Source: Azolla caroliniana
Taxonomy: Eukaryota; Plantae; Polypodiophyta
Direction: 5' to 3'
Assembly (NCBI GenBank): GCA_043228905.1
Contig: JBHGNT010000005.1
Location: 22,072,001-22,136,000 of the forward strand
Length of the DNA stretch: 64,000 nt
Shown here piece by piece: positions 40,351 through 53,076 of this stretch. A program made the position numbers and the translations under genes. How positions within the stretch are numbered: position 1 is the stretch's first letter; each line of letters opens with the position of its first letter. Under the pieces are notes generated by a model, which did not search any database, was not told where the DNA came from, and was given only the letters and a program-made list of their open reading frames with translations.

Positions 40351-43007
40351 CTTTTATTTTTCCCAAAAAAGGTATTGTTGGTTGTTTCCCAATGCATGTG
40401 AAGTTTGAGAGTGATTATTAGTGACTTGAGCAAGTCATGTTGGATTGCATTAATTACCTAATCATAATTGATCATGGTATATGTTTTCCAAACTTTTCCC
40501 TAATTTTAAGATGAGTATGTGTGGGTTAATTTGAAGGGGAATGAGGGTATGTATTGAATTATAATTCTACAATGTGAGATAAACTATTAAATGTGTTATC
40601 ACTTAACCACTTCACATGAACTAGTAAAGTGTGTGAAGACACCATGGCCAAAAGTTTCAACCTATATAAGAAGACCAACTACCTTCTTATTAAGGGAGGT
40701 TTGACCTATGTCGAGACTGTGTTAGTGTGGCTATGCCCCTTGATAACTAAGGACATGCAATGCTTGTGGAACCCAAGGTATGATCTACATCAACACTCAG
40801 TGGTATGGAACATCAAGGAGATTCAAGTCCATCTCAAGCAACTAGTAGGCAGTGGTCGAATCGCCTGGAACCTCTCATTCCTTTCTTTAATTTATATTTC
40901 CTTATATTTTGTTTAATTTTTAATTAGCATATAACGGGTTGTACATGAAGAGTTGCAAGAAATGATGGTTGTAATGTGGTTCAATTTGACAAATATATGT
41001 GGAATAACATTCAACTAATCTTCTTGTGTTAAGCCCTCATAAAAACTCAAAATTTAGTGTGGAAAGACTTGAGGTCACATGGACGTACATATTTTAATAT
41101 TGGGGCAATTATATTTTTCCTAATATTATGATAAACTTAGGGAGAGAAATAAATCAAGATAATAAACTCAAATTTAGAACAAAATAAACTCCTTTTACAT
41201 AGGGTATAAGAAATCAAGTTTTGGGAAGGACTAGATTAAAGATAAATGAACGGGAATAATATTCTCGAGTTTTAGGGTGGCCCACCCACAATCATTAGTT
41301 ATGCCACCTTTTTATTGTCGTAGGTTCTACGCCCCTCATTTAAGCCTTTCTCGGAAATTCCTTCCATCAACACTTCTTACACAACAACTCAAAAGAAGAA
41401 ATCCCACAACTTTCCCCAAAACTCTTCCACACAAAAGAGAAAGAAGCCTCCCAAAATCCACAACTCACTTTAAAGAAGGACAATATGGGGAAACCTAAAT
41501 CCCACATAGAAAGAGAGAAGATAAAACCCTAATCCCACATGTAAAGTTTTTCTGCTTTCTAAAGAAAATGTTGATAATTTGAGAAGCCCAGTTTGAATGT
41601 TTGAGAATGAAAAAATGGAGATGTCAAGTTGTTATTCTATCTTTAATGAATACAAATAGTCATTATATGGTACTCTTCTAAATAATGGTACGGGCAATTT
41701 CTATTTCTATGTTAAAACAATATGCTTTGCATATCTTGGTTTGTAAGTCGTAGCATCAAATGAAAAAGCTAAATTACAGTAAGAAATTTCTACATGCACA
41801 TCTTCTCTTCGTAATTTAGACTCTAGAGCATTTCATTTCTATGTGAGATAGCCACAAAATTATTCATCTTGAGTTTAAACCTAACATTTAAAAAGCTTTG
41901 TATGTAAGTGAAAAATGCAACCAATTAGGCACATGCAATCAGTATATTAAAGCAACACTTACATGTTAAATGCATAAAAGCTACATTATAGTGCTGCCTA
42001 TAAAGCGAGATGGGTAATGATCATATAGTTCCAAAATTTTAGTATGACGATAATATTTTTGATGCCATCATGTTTGTAATGTTGTGTGTAGGAACTTTAT
42101 TAGACAAAATAACGTGCACATTAATAAGCTAAGAGAGAACGGAAGGAATTTCCCCCTTTTTAAAGAAGTTATAGACGTTAAAAGAAGGGTAAGCGAAGAA
42201 CATAAGATAAATGAGTTTGGTGAAAGATGATGTATGTACATGGAAAGTGGGCACGCAAGATTCCCCATTTTCAGGAGCCGAATGAATGAACCCATTGGCA
42301 TCTTTCTTCAACCTTAGCATTATCTCAAGAAGAGAGAACTTGGAACTATTGAGAAGTGGAAAAAAGTCTTCAATTAGTAGACTTGTGGCCCATGCAAATG
42401 AATTACTCAGTACAACATATAGTATTAACAAATTTACATTTAACATGGTTCTAAATGTGTAACAAAATCTAAAAATTCAAATTCCTCATTGTGATTTTTC
42501 TCTATTTTGACTTTCATGTTTTTTCTATGGAAGAGAACAATTTAGTCATGAACCTTTGGTAGTATCAATCAAAGGTGGAGTTTTCCTAAGTCAATCTTAT
42601 TTAGATATATTGACTTTACATCTTTGGATTTTATCGAGGAGGTTTTCTTGCGAAAGATGTACACAAAATGCTTTCGTTACCTTTGCAATGGAAGTGAATA
42701 CGGAAGGCTATTTTTTAGCTACTTTCGAGACTGGCATGTGAACTCATGTAGATATATAAAATACATCCCAATTTGTAATAGGTTTGAGATATTTAGATTT
42801 ATCACCTTAATGTTAGAGTTTTAGTGTTGTACACTCATTCAATGCAAATGAAGAAATATAACAAAGTAAATGGTAGCAAAGCTTATGTAGAGTGCTAGCG
42901 TGTTGGTCTAAGACTACTATGGATGCAATGGACTATGTTGCACCATACACAACAATGAAACCTAGCCTAAAGGAAGGTGTCAATTTAGCATATGTTTGCA
43001 TCGGTTG

Positions 43008-43547
43008 TGTTGAAGTTAAGGGTATTTGAGTGTCGAACATTGGTTTTTTGTATGTATAAGGTGTTTCTTCCTGCTTATAATTCTAGGGTGGTTGTGCTCT
43101 AGTGGCCAACCATGTTGGCTAGGGCGTGAAATTTTGCAATAATTTGTGAGCGTGGGGTCTACATTTTTTTCAGTAGCTAATATCCATTCTACTATTGATA
43201 ACTTTGTCATGAGAGTAATTTTCTATAAGAGCATTACAAATCTCTTGGAGGTTTGCGTCATATTGCTTTTTAGGTCATCTAGTGTCATCGAGACAACTAG
43301 ATGGTTATATGGTGTGCATCAACTTATTTCTCATTCAACATTACACATGGTTAGATTGTTGGCATGCACTTAGTCATATTGCTTGTTAGGTCATCTAGTG
43401 TCATTGAAACAACTAGATGATTATATGGCGTGCATCAACTTATTTCTCTGATACACTAGTTACTATATACTAGGAGGTCGGGTGTTCACACACTTGAGAT
43501 ACTAACGTGTGTTCCCACACTAGGGAAGTTGAGTTTGATTCTCAACA
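43008..43547 (-). repeat. 3' LTR of Copia B
   Basis: PPT TTTGAGGGGG then TGTTGAGAATCAAACTCAACTT, nearly the same start as the Copia C LTR. The left end is approximate. Confidence 0.75.
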
Positions 43548-44239
43548 CGCCCCCTCAAACACAAATTCCGGTCGCCGGATAGTCGGTTCAGACTTGTCTG
43601 GTTTTGGGTTTGGCTACGAATGGCCGGCTCACACTTTTGTTCATTTTGCTCCGTTCGACTTCGTGTCGGATGGCTCCTTATCCATACTCCCCCTCAAGCT
43701 CGGCTGGTCAGTGGTCGAAAGACCGAGGTTTGTCGTGACATGTTGCAGCTTGTCAGCTTTGAGGGCCTTCATGAAGATGTTGGCTATTTGCAGATTCGTA
43801 TTGGTGTGTTGCAAGTCGACATCTCTGGCCAAGACATGCTCTTGGATGAAGTGATAATGCCCCTCAATGTGCTTGGTCCAAGCGTGAAAGACTGGATTCT
43901 GAGCCAAATAAGTACTACTCATATTGTCACAGTAAAGGAGAATCGGATCCGTGATGGGACACCCAAATCCTTCAAGATTCATTTTAGCAAAACATCCAAA
44001 CTGTTTTCATTCGCACCCCTATATTCGGCCTTTGTGCTCTACAATGCGACCGTCGAATGTTTCTTATTGCTCCGCTAAGGGAAAAGATGAATCCCATTGT
44101 TGATCGTCTGTTAGATTTGCAGTCGAATCGGTGTGGCCAATTTGTAGAGGACGCCGTAATGCATGGTTGCACTCACATAACGTTGTTGTGAAGGACATGC
44201 TTCACGATATAAAAATGAACTTAAATATTGTATTCGATA

Positions 44240-44310
44240 ATATTTGAGAGACTTGAACCCATTACCTTATATAGCAAGTACAAAGTACACACCACTAAGC
44301 TAGGTTATTT
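44240..44310 (-). promoter_or_regulatory. tRNA-like A/B-box module 1 in Gypsy U3
   Basis: A box TAGCTTAGTGG (44302-44292), 32-nt spacer, B box GGTTCAAGTCT (44259-44249). Confidence 0.65.
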
Positions 44311-44384
44311 GTTTATAAAAGTATTTATTTTGAACAACACAATGCTACACAATATTAAAGTAAACTTAAATATTGTATTGAGTA

Positions 44385-44455
44385 AAATTTAAGAGACTTG
44401 AATCCTCAACCTTATCTACCAAGTACAAAGTACATACCACTAGGCTAGGTTCTTT
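44385..44455 (-). promoter_or_regulatory. tRNA-like A/B-box module 2 in Gypsy U3
   Basis: A box TAGCCTAGTGG (44447-44437), 32-nt spacer, B-like GATTCAAGTCT (GGTTCAAGTCT in the 3' LTR copy), then TTTT. Confidence 0.6.
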
Positions 44456-45013
44456 GTTTTTAGATTTGTCTTTCCATCACTATAATTATCCCATGTCTAT
44501 TTTCACACACGAGAGCTCAAATGAGCGAGATGTCTATCATGCATGTCCTGTACCCTCACATGCACTGTATGCATGGGGCGGCCACCTATAAAAAGAGTGA
44601 AAGGGAAAAGAAGGAATAAACGAATGAAGGAAGAGAAGGTAAGAAATCAAACAATTTATCAATTAAGAAAGATAGCTCATTTTGGAAGTGTCTTGTCTCT
44701 CGAAGTTGAAGTCAAGGGTTCAAATCTAGAGATTGATAGAGAAAAGTTTCGTCTTTGCGATTGAGCATTGTAAAGTTGGTAAAAAATCTTGGATTTTCAA
44801 TATAATACATACACTCTTACTTCTTTAATCATACATTGTCTTTATCTCTTCTCTTTACTCATATCTCTCTTGCGCATTACTTTTCAATTTTTATTCCTTG
44901 TATCCTTAATTTGTGTGACATTGTCGCACAATCCTTATAAAAATTTGCTCGAACTCCCCTTAACTTTAGTCCCTGCGACTTCGCCGCACGAACCACAACT
45001 ACCGCGACATATT

Positions 45014-45031
45014 TGGTGAACCTGGCGTGAA
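45014..45031 (+). promoter_or_regulatory. Primer binding site, tRNA-Trp-like
   Basis: TGGTGAACCTGGCGTGAA matches 16/18 to the complement of the plant tRNA-Trp 3' end as I recall it (TGGTGAACCCGACGTGAA). Confidence 0.7.
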
Positions 45032-48000
45032 GGCGGCGACAAGGCAAAATGGAGGAGCAAATGAGGCTAATGTGTACAATGATGGAACGAATTATGCGGG
45101 AGCACGGGATGATGGCAAGCATCGACAAAGCCGTCGACAATATTCTTGCACGAGTCAAAATCTCGAAGGTATGAATTTGACAAAGTTTCTAAAGATTTAC
45201 AATGAAGAAATGCTTAAATGTGGCGTCGACAAAGCTGCAAAAATTAACAGCTTCAGTCAAGTTGTTGCAATTGGGCTTCAAGAAAGGATCTAGGAGGTAC
45301 AAAGGGAAAATCAGACATGAGAGAATTTCGAAAGAGCATTATTGAATGAATACAACCTCAACGATATGTCAAGGATAACAAGGCAAGCTTTCATGGATTG
45401 GGTAGAGTCTAATAAACATTTAAGTGTTTTGGAAGTGTTAAAAGAGTTTTTAGAAAATTTTGAGCAATTAAATGTTAGGGATAGAAATATAATAATGCGA
45501 GATAAAGTAATATTGTTTCTACAAGCTACTAATATTAAAGACAAGAAGGACTTGGGAATGCTTCTGGAAGATCAGAATAGTCTAAGTGGATTTACCGAAG
45601 ACTGGGATGAGGTAAAAAGGGTTTGTGCCCATTTTTGTAAAAGAAAGTTATGGTTTATGGAGTTGCCAGAGAGGAAGGGAGACGAAACAGGGAATGACTC
45701 GGGATTGAAGAAAATAGAAGAGTCGCTCTTGCACGAATTGGTGAAAGGCATGAAAGACTTGTCGATCAAAATGAAGAAGTTGGAATCGGGACAAAGCTCA
45801 ACTTCGTCAAGGCAAGGAGGTGGCATGGTTCGAAGGTGTATGTGGTGTGACAGTATCTGATTCAACCATCAGAAGAAAGATTGTCAAGAACATAGGGATG
45901 CTCTTAAACATGATAAAATCTACTATCAAGATTGCAAGATTCACTCGATAGAGACTCGACAACCACTTCAACTCAACATCGGGCGAGGTGTCCAATGAAA
46001 AAGCTGATGGAAGATGCCGAGAGAGAAACAACTCAAGGGATACAATCCGTGGCAACCTTAGGGTTGCGCATAGAAGACTCATATGGTGGATATGGCTTTT
46101 GACAAGATGTGATGGAGTATGCAAGAAAAGGGAAGGTTCGAGTGGATGAATTGAAAAGAGCAGGAGATGAAATATGAAACTTCATTGGGTGGAATGATCC
46201 AATAGACGTACTACCAAAATTCGCCCAAGTGAATGCACAAGAGGTACTAGTGGAAGAGAAGCGAAAGAGAGTTGAGGAGGCTGATCTAGCAAAGAAACAT
46301 GAGGCATGAGAACAAAAGAGAAGAGAGATGGAAAAGGGTGCTCCCGAGTCGAAGGAAGTTGATAAAGTAAAAGGGAAGTCAGGCCCATCTTTAAAGCTTG
46401 CTTCGGACATAGAAGCGGCGATGGATATAAAACAGGTACTAGAAACAAGAATATTAAATAGTAAGGTAGAATTTACTTTAAGAGAAGTGTTGGGTATAGC
46501 AAAGAAAGAATTTCATGAAGTTATCACAGATACTATTAGAAGAAAGAGACAGGTGACAGAGGAAATTACGGGAGGGTGTGTAGTAACACTCCAAGATTTG
46601 TATGGTGGCACCATCAATGTTTGAAGGTGTAAAAAACAAAAATGATGTTGGGGTTCATGAAGGGGATAGAAGTCACTATACAAGGAACCATTGGGCTCGA
46701 GCAACAACGAAGGCGCTTGCAAACATTGGGGAGCAACAAATTCCATGCATTGCTTTGATCTATCATGATCCAGAGATTAACATGATGTCATCGGAATTTT
46801 ATGCTCAAGGACGGTGGCTGATCGGCAAGAATCATGGGTGGAAAATAAGAGCTGCCACAAAGACTACGGAGGATCTATTTGGAGCATGTCCCAGTGTGAA
46901 GGTAACAATTGGAGATGTGTCGGTGAATCAAAATTTCTTTGTGCAACATTGATCAACCTACCCCGTCATCCTTGGTCAACCATACATCACCGCAGTAAGG
47001 ATGGAAACAAAGGTGATTGATGATGGTTCAACTTTTGCGAGAATCAAGAGTCAAGATGGAAGAAAGATTGTCCAGTTCTTAATCGTGAGGCCCAGCCATG
47101 AAAGAAACAAAGAATGCTTGAGGGAACATCCAATTCAAGAGATGGATGAAGAGTTTTCCCAGGATTTTTAGATAGGGCTTTTACAGGTAGGGGTTGTGAT
47201 AGCCTGGACATAAAGAAAAACTCCATAAATAATAATGTAAATAAGATATTCCTTGTACAATCTCATCTGGTGGTGCTACTTTTATGTTAAAAGTAGATAA
47301 TAATAAAATACAAAATATTATCGAGAACTTTAAGTGTTCTAGATTAATAGATGATGAAAAAGAAATACAAGATATGTTTGAAGAATTAAGTTTTGAAGAT
47401 ACAATAACTCATTTGGAAGTGATGGAGGACGAGGATGAAATTCAAGTTCCAATCCATTCGATCAAGATGTGCGAGGTCATTCAAGAAGTTGCTCAAAAAG
47501 ATCGTGCGGCACAAGTCCTGCAGAAGTACAAGACAATGGAGAAGAAGGTTCATCTTGTTGCTACTCCACTTCCAGGGGATAATGAAAGGACAATCAAAGA
47601 CGCGGCCACAGAGCCAATGATCAGAGACTCACGAAAGGTGGGACATGTGTTTCCCCCAGAAACAATACAAGGGATGAAAATAGTTGGGGGGTGACTTCTT
47701 ATTACCTGTTGAAGAAAAGCAATTCAGGGAGATGTAAAAAGGCATGGAAAGGCGTTCACATTACAACCTGAGGAAATAGGGTGTGTGGATCTAGAAATAG
47801 TAGAGCCCATGGTTATATTCACTATTTGTCATATTCTATGGAATTTTAAGCCAATACCCATGCCTAGGGCTAGAATCCCTCAACTTTTAGAACTTTTGAA
47901 AGGAAAGATAAGGATGGGTATCTTGGAACCATCGAACGCTCCTTACTCAAGTTGATGGTTCATTGTGTTAAAGAAAGATGGACGACTCCGACTTATCCAA

Positions 48001-49760
48001 GATATGCAACCCCTGAATAAGGTAACAATCCGAAACTCGGGAGTAGGGTCAATTGTGGATGAGTTTGCTGAGATGTTTGTAGGAAGAGCTATATAGTCAA
48101 TGGGAGACCTTTATTCCAGGACCTATGATCAGTTTCAACTTGCTATCAAAAGTTGCGATATTACTTCTTTCAAGTCACCCATAGGGTTAGTATGGATGTG
48201 TACCTTGCCACAAGGAGCGACCAACTCAGTGGTGCATATGATGAATGGAATGAACAAGGTACTTTGTGATTTTATTCCTCACATTACAATGCCTTTTCTA
48301 GATGATGTTCTGATTAAGGATGCAAAGAAGAAGAGAAGAATGAGGAACGGGACGAAAATGGTTGTCGACAGTTCGTGGTCGATCATATCAAGGATTGTGA
48401 GAAGATACTATCAAGGATGGAAGAAGTGCATTTGACCTTATCGGGGGCAAAGTCAATATTTGGAGCAAAAGAGATATTAACAGTTGGTCATATGTGTGGC
48501 CCATATGGGAGAAAGCCATCCCCAACCAAGGTCAATGCAATTCAAAATATGCAGGAGGAATGTAAATCCATCTCAAAAGTATGAAGGTTTCTAGGGGTAT
48601 GTGTTTTTTATTACTGATGGATTCTACATTATGCCCATTTATCTGAACCCTTATATAGATTCCTAAGAAAAGGAGAACATTTGAATGGACTGAAGAACAT
48701 TCAGAGGCAATGTGGAAACTTGTCCCACTTGTCAATATTATTCAAATATAAAATTTTGTGATGAGTTACACCTAACATATTCACTGGGGGTGCATTACAA
48801 GTGGGTGATAGATTTGGTAACAATGCCACTTGGAGTAGGACAAAAGAGATACTTGGTTATTACAAGAGAAGATCTAACAAATCAAGTGGAAGGACGTGCA
48901 CCGCGAATAAAAGGGATATTAGGAGTATGCCAATTCATCTTGGAGGACATTGTTTGTAGGTATGGATGTATCAGGAAGATAGTGGCAGATAGGGGGAGAG
49001 CTCAATTCTGCGGAAGCTCAAGATTTTTTCGACAAAGTAGGGATTCGGTTTCCTTGACAACGACATACAATATGGAAGCTAATGGAAAGGGGACATGGAC
49101 CAATAGTCAAAGCTTTAGTAAAGGTATGTAAAGGACAGGTCGGTGATTGGCCAAAAATCGTACCCTATGCATTGTGGGCTGATAGGACAACTCACAACAC
49201 TGTTATCGGATATATGCTTGCAGAATTAATCATAGGACAAAAGTCGATAATGTCAATTGAAGAAAAGATAATTACATGGGATGTGTTGCCTTGGGAATCA
49301 GAAAATGAGTCGAGAAGATCTACTTGTTATTCAGATACGACAACTTCAATCAAAGATAGAAGACATAGAAAAAGCAACTACTAAATTGAAAGAGGCAAGA
49401 ATCAAGAATAAGGACATATTTGACAAGATAAAAAGAATACGACCAAGAAAGGTGCAAGAGGGAGACTGGGTATTAGTATGTCATAGTAGCCTAGATAATC
49501 AATACAGTACTATTCGGAAGTTCACAAAAAGATGTTTTGGACCTTATGAAGTTAGGAAAATAACCGATAAGGCCACATATTTCCTCAATGAATTAGAGGG
49601 ACATAAATTCGTATCACAATTGCAGGAAAAAGGATTAAAATGTTTAAAAGGAGGGAGTCACTAGAGCCCGAATTTGATGATGAAGAAGAAGAACTAAAAG
49701 AAATGGAAGAAGTGTTGGATGAACTCTGCACAACCAATGTGCAAGTTTAGAGGGGGTTGG

Positions 49761-50605
49761 TGTCATGAAGGATGTGCTTCATGATATAAAAATGAACTTA
49801 AATATAATATTCAATAATATTTGAGAGACTGGAACCCATTACCTTATATAGCAAGTACAAAGTACATACAACTAGGCCAGATTATTTGTTTTTAGAGGTG
49901 TTGTGAAGAATACAGTCCGACACAATATAAAAGTAAACTTAAACATTCTATTGAGTAAAATTTAAGAGACTTGAACCCTCAACCTTATCTACCAAGTACA
50001 TACCACTAAGCTCTAAGGTTCTTTGTTTTTAAAATTATTTTTCCATCATTGTACTTATCCGATGACTATATTCATACACGAGAGCTCAAATGAGCGAGAT
50101 ATCTATCATGCATCACATGTAATGCATGTACACCAAATGGCGATCATGCATCACATGCATTGTATGCATGGGGGCACCTATAAAAAGAGTGAAAGGGAAA
50201 AGAAGGAATGAAGGAAGAGAAAGTACGAAATCAAGTAATTTATCAATCAAGAAAAATAGCTCATTCGGGAAGTGTCTTGTCCCTTGAAGTTGATGTCAAA
50301 GGTTTAAATCTAGGGTTTGATAGAGAAAGGTTTCATCTCTGCGATCGAGCATTGTAAATTGGTAAAAAATCTTGGATTTTGAATATAATACATATTCTTA
50401 TCATATACTCTTGTAACTTCTTTAATCATACATTGTCGCTATCTCTTCTCTTTACTCATATCTCTCTCGCACATTACTTTCAACTTTTATTCCTCGTATC
50501 CTTAATCTGTGTGACATTGTCGCACAATCCTTATAAAAATTTGCTCGAACTCCCCTTAACCTTAGTCCCTACGACTTCGCCACACGAACCACAACTACCC
50601 CGACA
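49761..50605 (+). repeat. Gypsy 3' LTR
   Basis: Follows the PPT; TGTCATGAAGG...CGACA; clearly diverged from the 5' LTR with several indels. Confidence 0.92.
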
Positions 50606-52693
50606 ACATAACACTTGCTTAACCCAGTCCAGGTGAATGTTTCGTGGTGTCTGCATAAACTAGCTAAGGAGTCTGACTGGGTAACTGAGGTTGGGTCGAG
50701 TAATGGTGAGATAGATTAGGCTTCCGACTAGTTGTCGATAGTGAGTTGGCTCACACTCTTCTATGCCAGGCTTGACATCTAGCTTTAGGTTTCGATCGAT
50801 AGGGGTAGCGACGGGCTTAGACTCTGTCATCCCAAACTTGAAGATCACATTGAGGATATAGTGTTGTTGGGAGGTCATGATTCCGTCAGGAGTCCAAATT
50901 ACTTCTATACCTAGAAAGTAATGTAGCTCCTTCATGTCTTTCATTTCGAATCGACTGGAGAGAAGCTTTTGATGTTCTCAATATCTACTAAATGCTCTCT
51001 TCCAATGACCAAGTCATCCACATATATTATGATAAATACATGTCCTCTAGAGTCGCTCCCGATGAACAGAGAATTGTCGGACTTGGACATTTTGGTGAAG
51101 ATATTGTGTTATCTTCGAGTGTTAGGCTCTAGGTGCTTGCTTGAGGCCGTAGAGAGGCTTTTTGAGTCAACAGACAATTGTTGGATGCATACTCGACTTG
51201 AATCTAGGTGGTTGTACCTTGTAAACCTCCTCTTCTAACCCGCCTTGAAGAAAGGCATTCTTGACGTCCATTTGATGGAGGTGCCACGCTTTCACTGTTG
51301 CAAGCATGATCATGGTTTGGATGGTTGTCATCTTTGCCACCGGGGCAAATGTCTCTTCATAATCGACTCCGTGTATTTGCGCATAGCCCTTTGCCACAAG
51401 TTGGGCCTTATACCGATTGATGGTGCCATCAACATTGTGCTTCACCTTGTATATCCATCGACATCCGATTGCCTTCTAGTGGGGTGAAGAGGGGACAAGT
51501 TCCCATGTCTCGTTTTTTGAGAGTGCTTTATCTTCTCATTCATCGCTTCGACCCATCGCGGGTCCTTGTGGCTTATGACAAATTTTCCGACTCTCGAATT
51601 GTCGCCACCTTCATCATGAACGTATAATGATATGCCATGTAGTCATTGTAGCCGAATCAGCTGACCACATTTTCTCTCGAGTGGACTGACGGAGTTGTTC
51701 ACTCGTCTTTATGAACACTTCCTTGGTTTCTGGTGTCCTCATGATAGGCACATCCAATCCACCATACTCATTGTCGAGTGAGCGAGCCGATTCGTTTCCA
51801 TTTGAGTCTTCATACTCATGCATTTTGGCCTTCCCTTTGTCAAGTTTCGGACTTGGCCGCAATGTGCTTTGGTCGCTTGGAGGCTCCTGTGGTCCACTCA
51901 ACCTGGTTGTCATTGGACCTCCCTCTATCGTGAGCCTTAGTTGCTCAACCTCCTTCGAGTCTATGTTGAAATCGGTTTTGGTCGGATCGGATGGTGTTGA
52001 GTTGGCTATGTACCAAGATGTCAATTTGTCAAATAAGACATCCCTACTCACTTGAACCTGCTTGGTAGGGGGATTGAAGCACCTATACCCCTTTTGTTCG
52101 AACGAGTACCCCACGAGGATACATTTCTCTGACTTAGGATCGAGCTTCTGTTGCTTCTCGTCGGGAATATGTACATACGAAATCAAGCCGAATATCTTGA
52201 CATGAGATAGTCTGGCTTCTTACCATAGAATCTCTCGTAGGGGGTTACATTGTGGACTACGGATGTTGTGCACCGGTTCATTAGATAGAGGGTCGTATTC
52301 GCCGCTTTAGCCCAATACGAATTTGTCAGATGTTTCTCATTCATCATTGCCCTTGCCACCTCAAGTATATGCCGGTTCTTTCGTTTGGCTACTCCATTCT
52401 ACTGAGGTGTGTGTTGGCATGTAAACTCCCGCCGAATTCCTTCTTGTCAAAGGTATGTTGTGAAGGCGTTGAAGAAGTCCTCTTTGCCATCATCCAATTG
52501 AAGGCACCATACATGATGTCCGGTTGCCTTTTCGACTTTGTTTTTGAATTTCTAGAAGTGTGAGAACACTTCACTCTTCTGCCGCATAGGGAATATCCAG
52601 GTGTGCATGGGGAAGTCGTTGATGAACATCACATAATACCGACAACCACCAAATGTTGTCGTTTGGGATGGTCCCCATACATCTAAATGTATT

Positions 52694-53076
52694 TGTTGAG
52701 AATCAAGCTCAACTTGGTCTAGTGTGTGAACTCACCTTGAGAGTGAAGAGACACTCCAACGGTCAAGAGTCACCATTATGTCACCACTTTGTATTCTAGC
52801 ATTTAGTATGAGTCATACAATCATATTCTATGACACATAACTTATGAGCTTTCACATTCCCCATGCTCCATGAGGCTTGTAGTTAATGAAGAGAGAGGGT
52901 GACTACATAAAGCACCCTCCTCCCACCTTGTATAGTGTTGAGTCTTTCTCCTTGGTCAATATACTTTTACCTTGCGTATTCTCTGTGTTTCACTCACTCT
53001 CTCTCTCTCTCTCTTACACACACACATAACTCACATCTCTTCTGCTTCACAAGAATCCATCTCTTGATTCTTTACA
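52694..53076 (+). repeat. Copia C 5' LTR (383 bp)
   Basis: TG...CA followed directly by the PBS. Confidence 0.95.

Larger units (their letters stand above)
44184..45009 (+). repeat. Gypsy 5' LTR
   Basis: TG...CA; aligns with 49761-50605; TATA CTATAAAAAGAG at about 44586. Confidence 0.92.
44184..50605 (+). mobile_element. Ty3/Gypsy retrotransposon with both LTRs, decayed, RNase H missing
   Basis: Order is gag (CMWC..H..C), PR (ALIYHDPEIN), RT (LPQGATNS, FLDDV), INT (CPTCQ, IVADRG, ERGHGP, GPY). 4-bp TSD ACGT/ACAT. PPT AGAGGGGG at 49749. Confidence 0.92.

Noticed and set aside
41058-41539. Possible small solo LTR (TGTGG...CCACA)
   Set aside because: The flanks TTTAG and TGTAA do not form a TSD, and there is no PBS, PPT or second copy in the window.
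44240-44455. Functional tRNA genes
   Set aside because: No acceptor stem and poor D and T stems; kept only as tRNA-like promoter modules.
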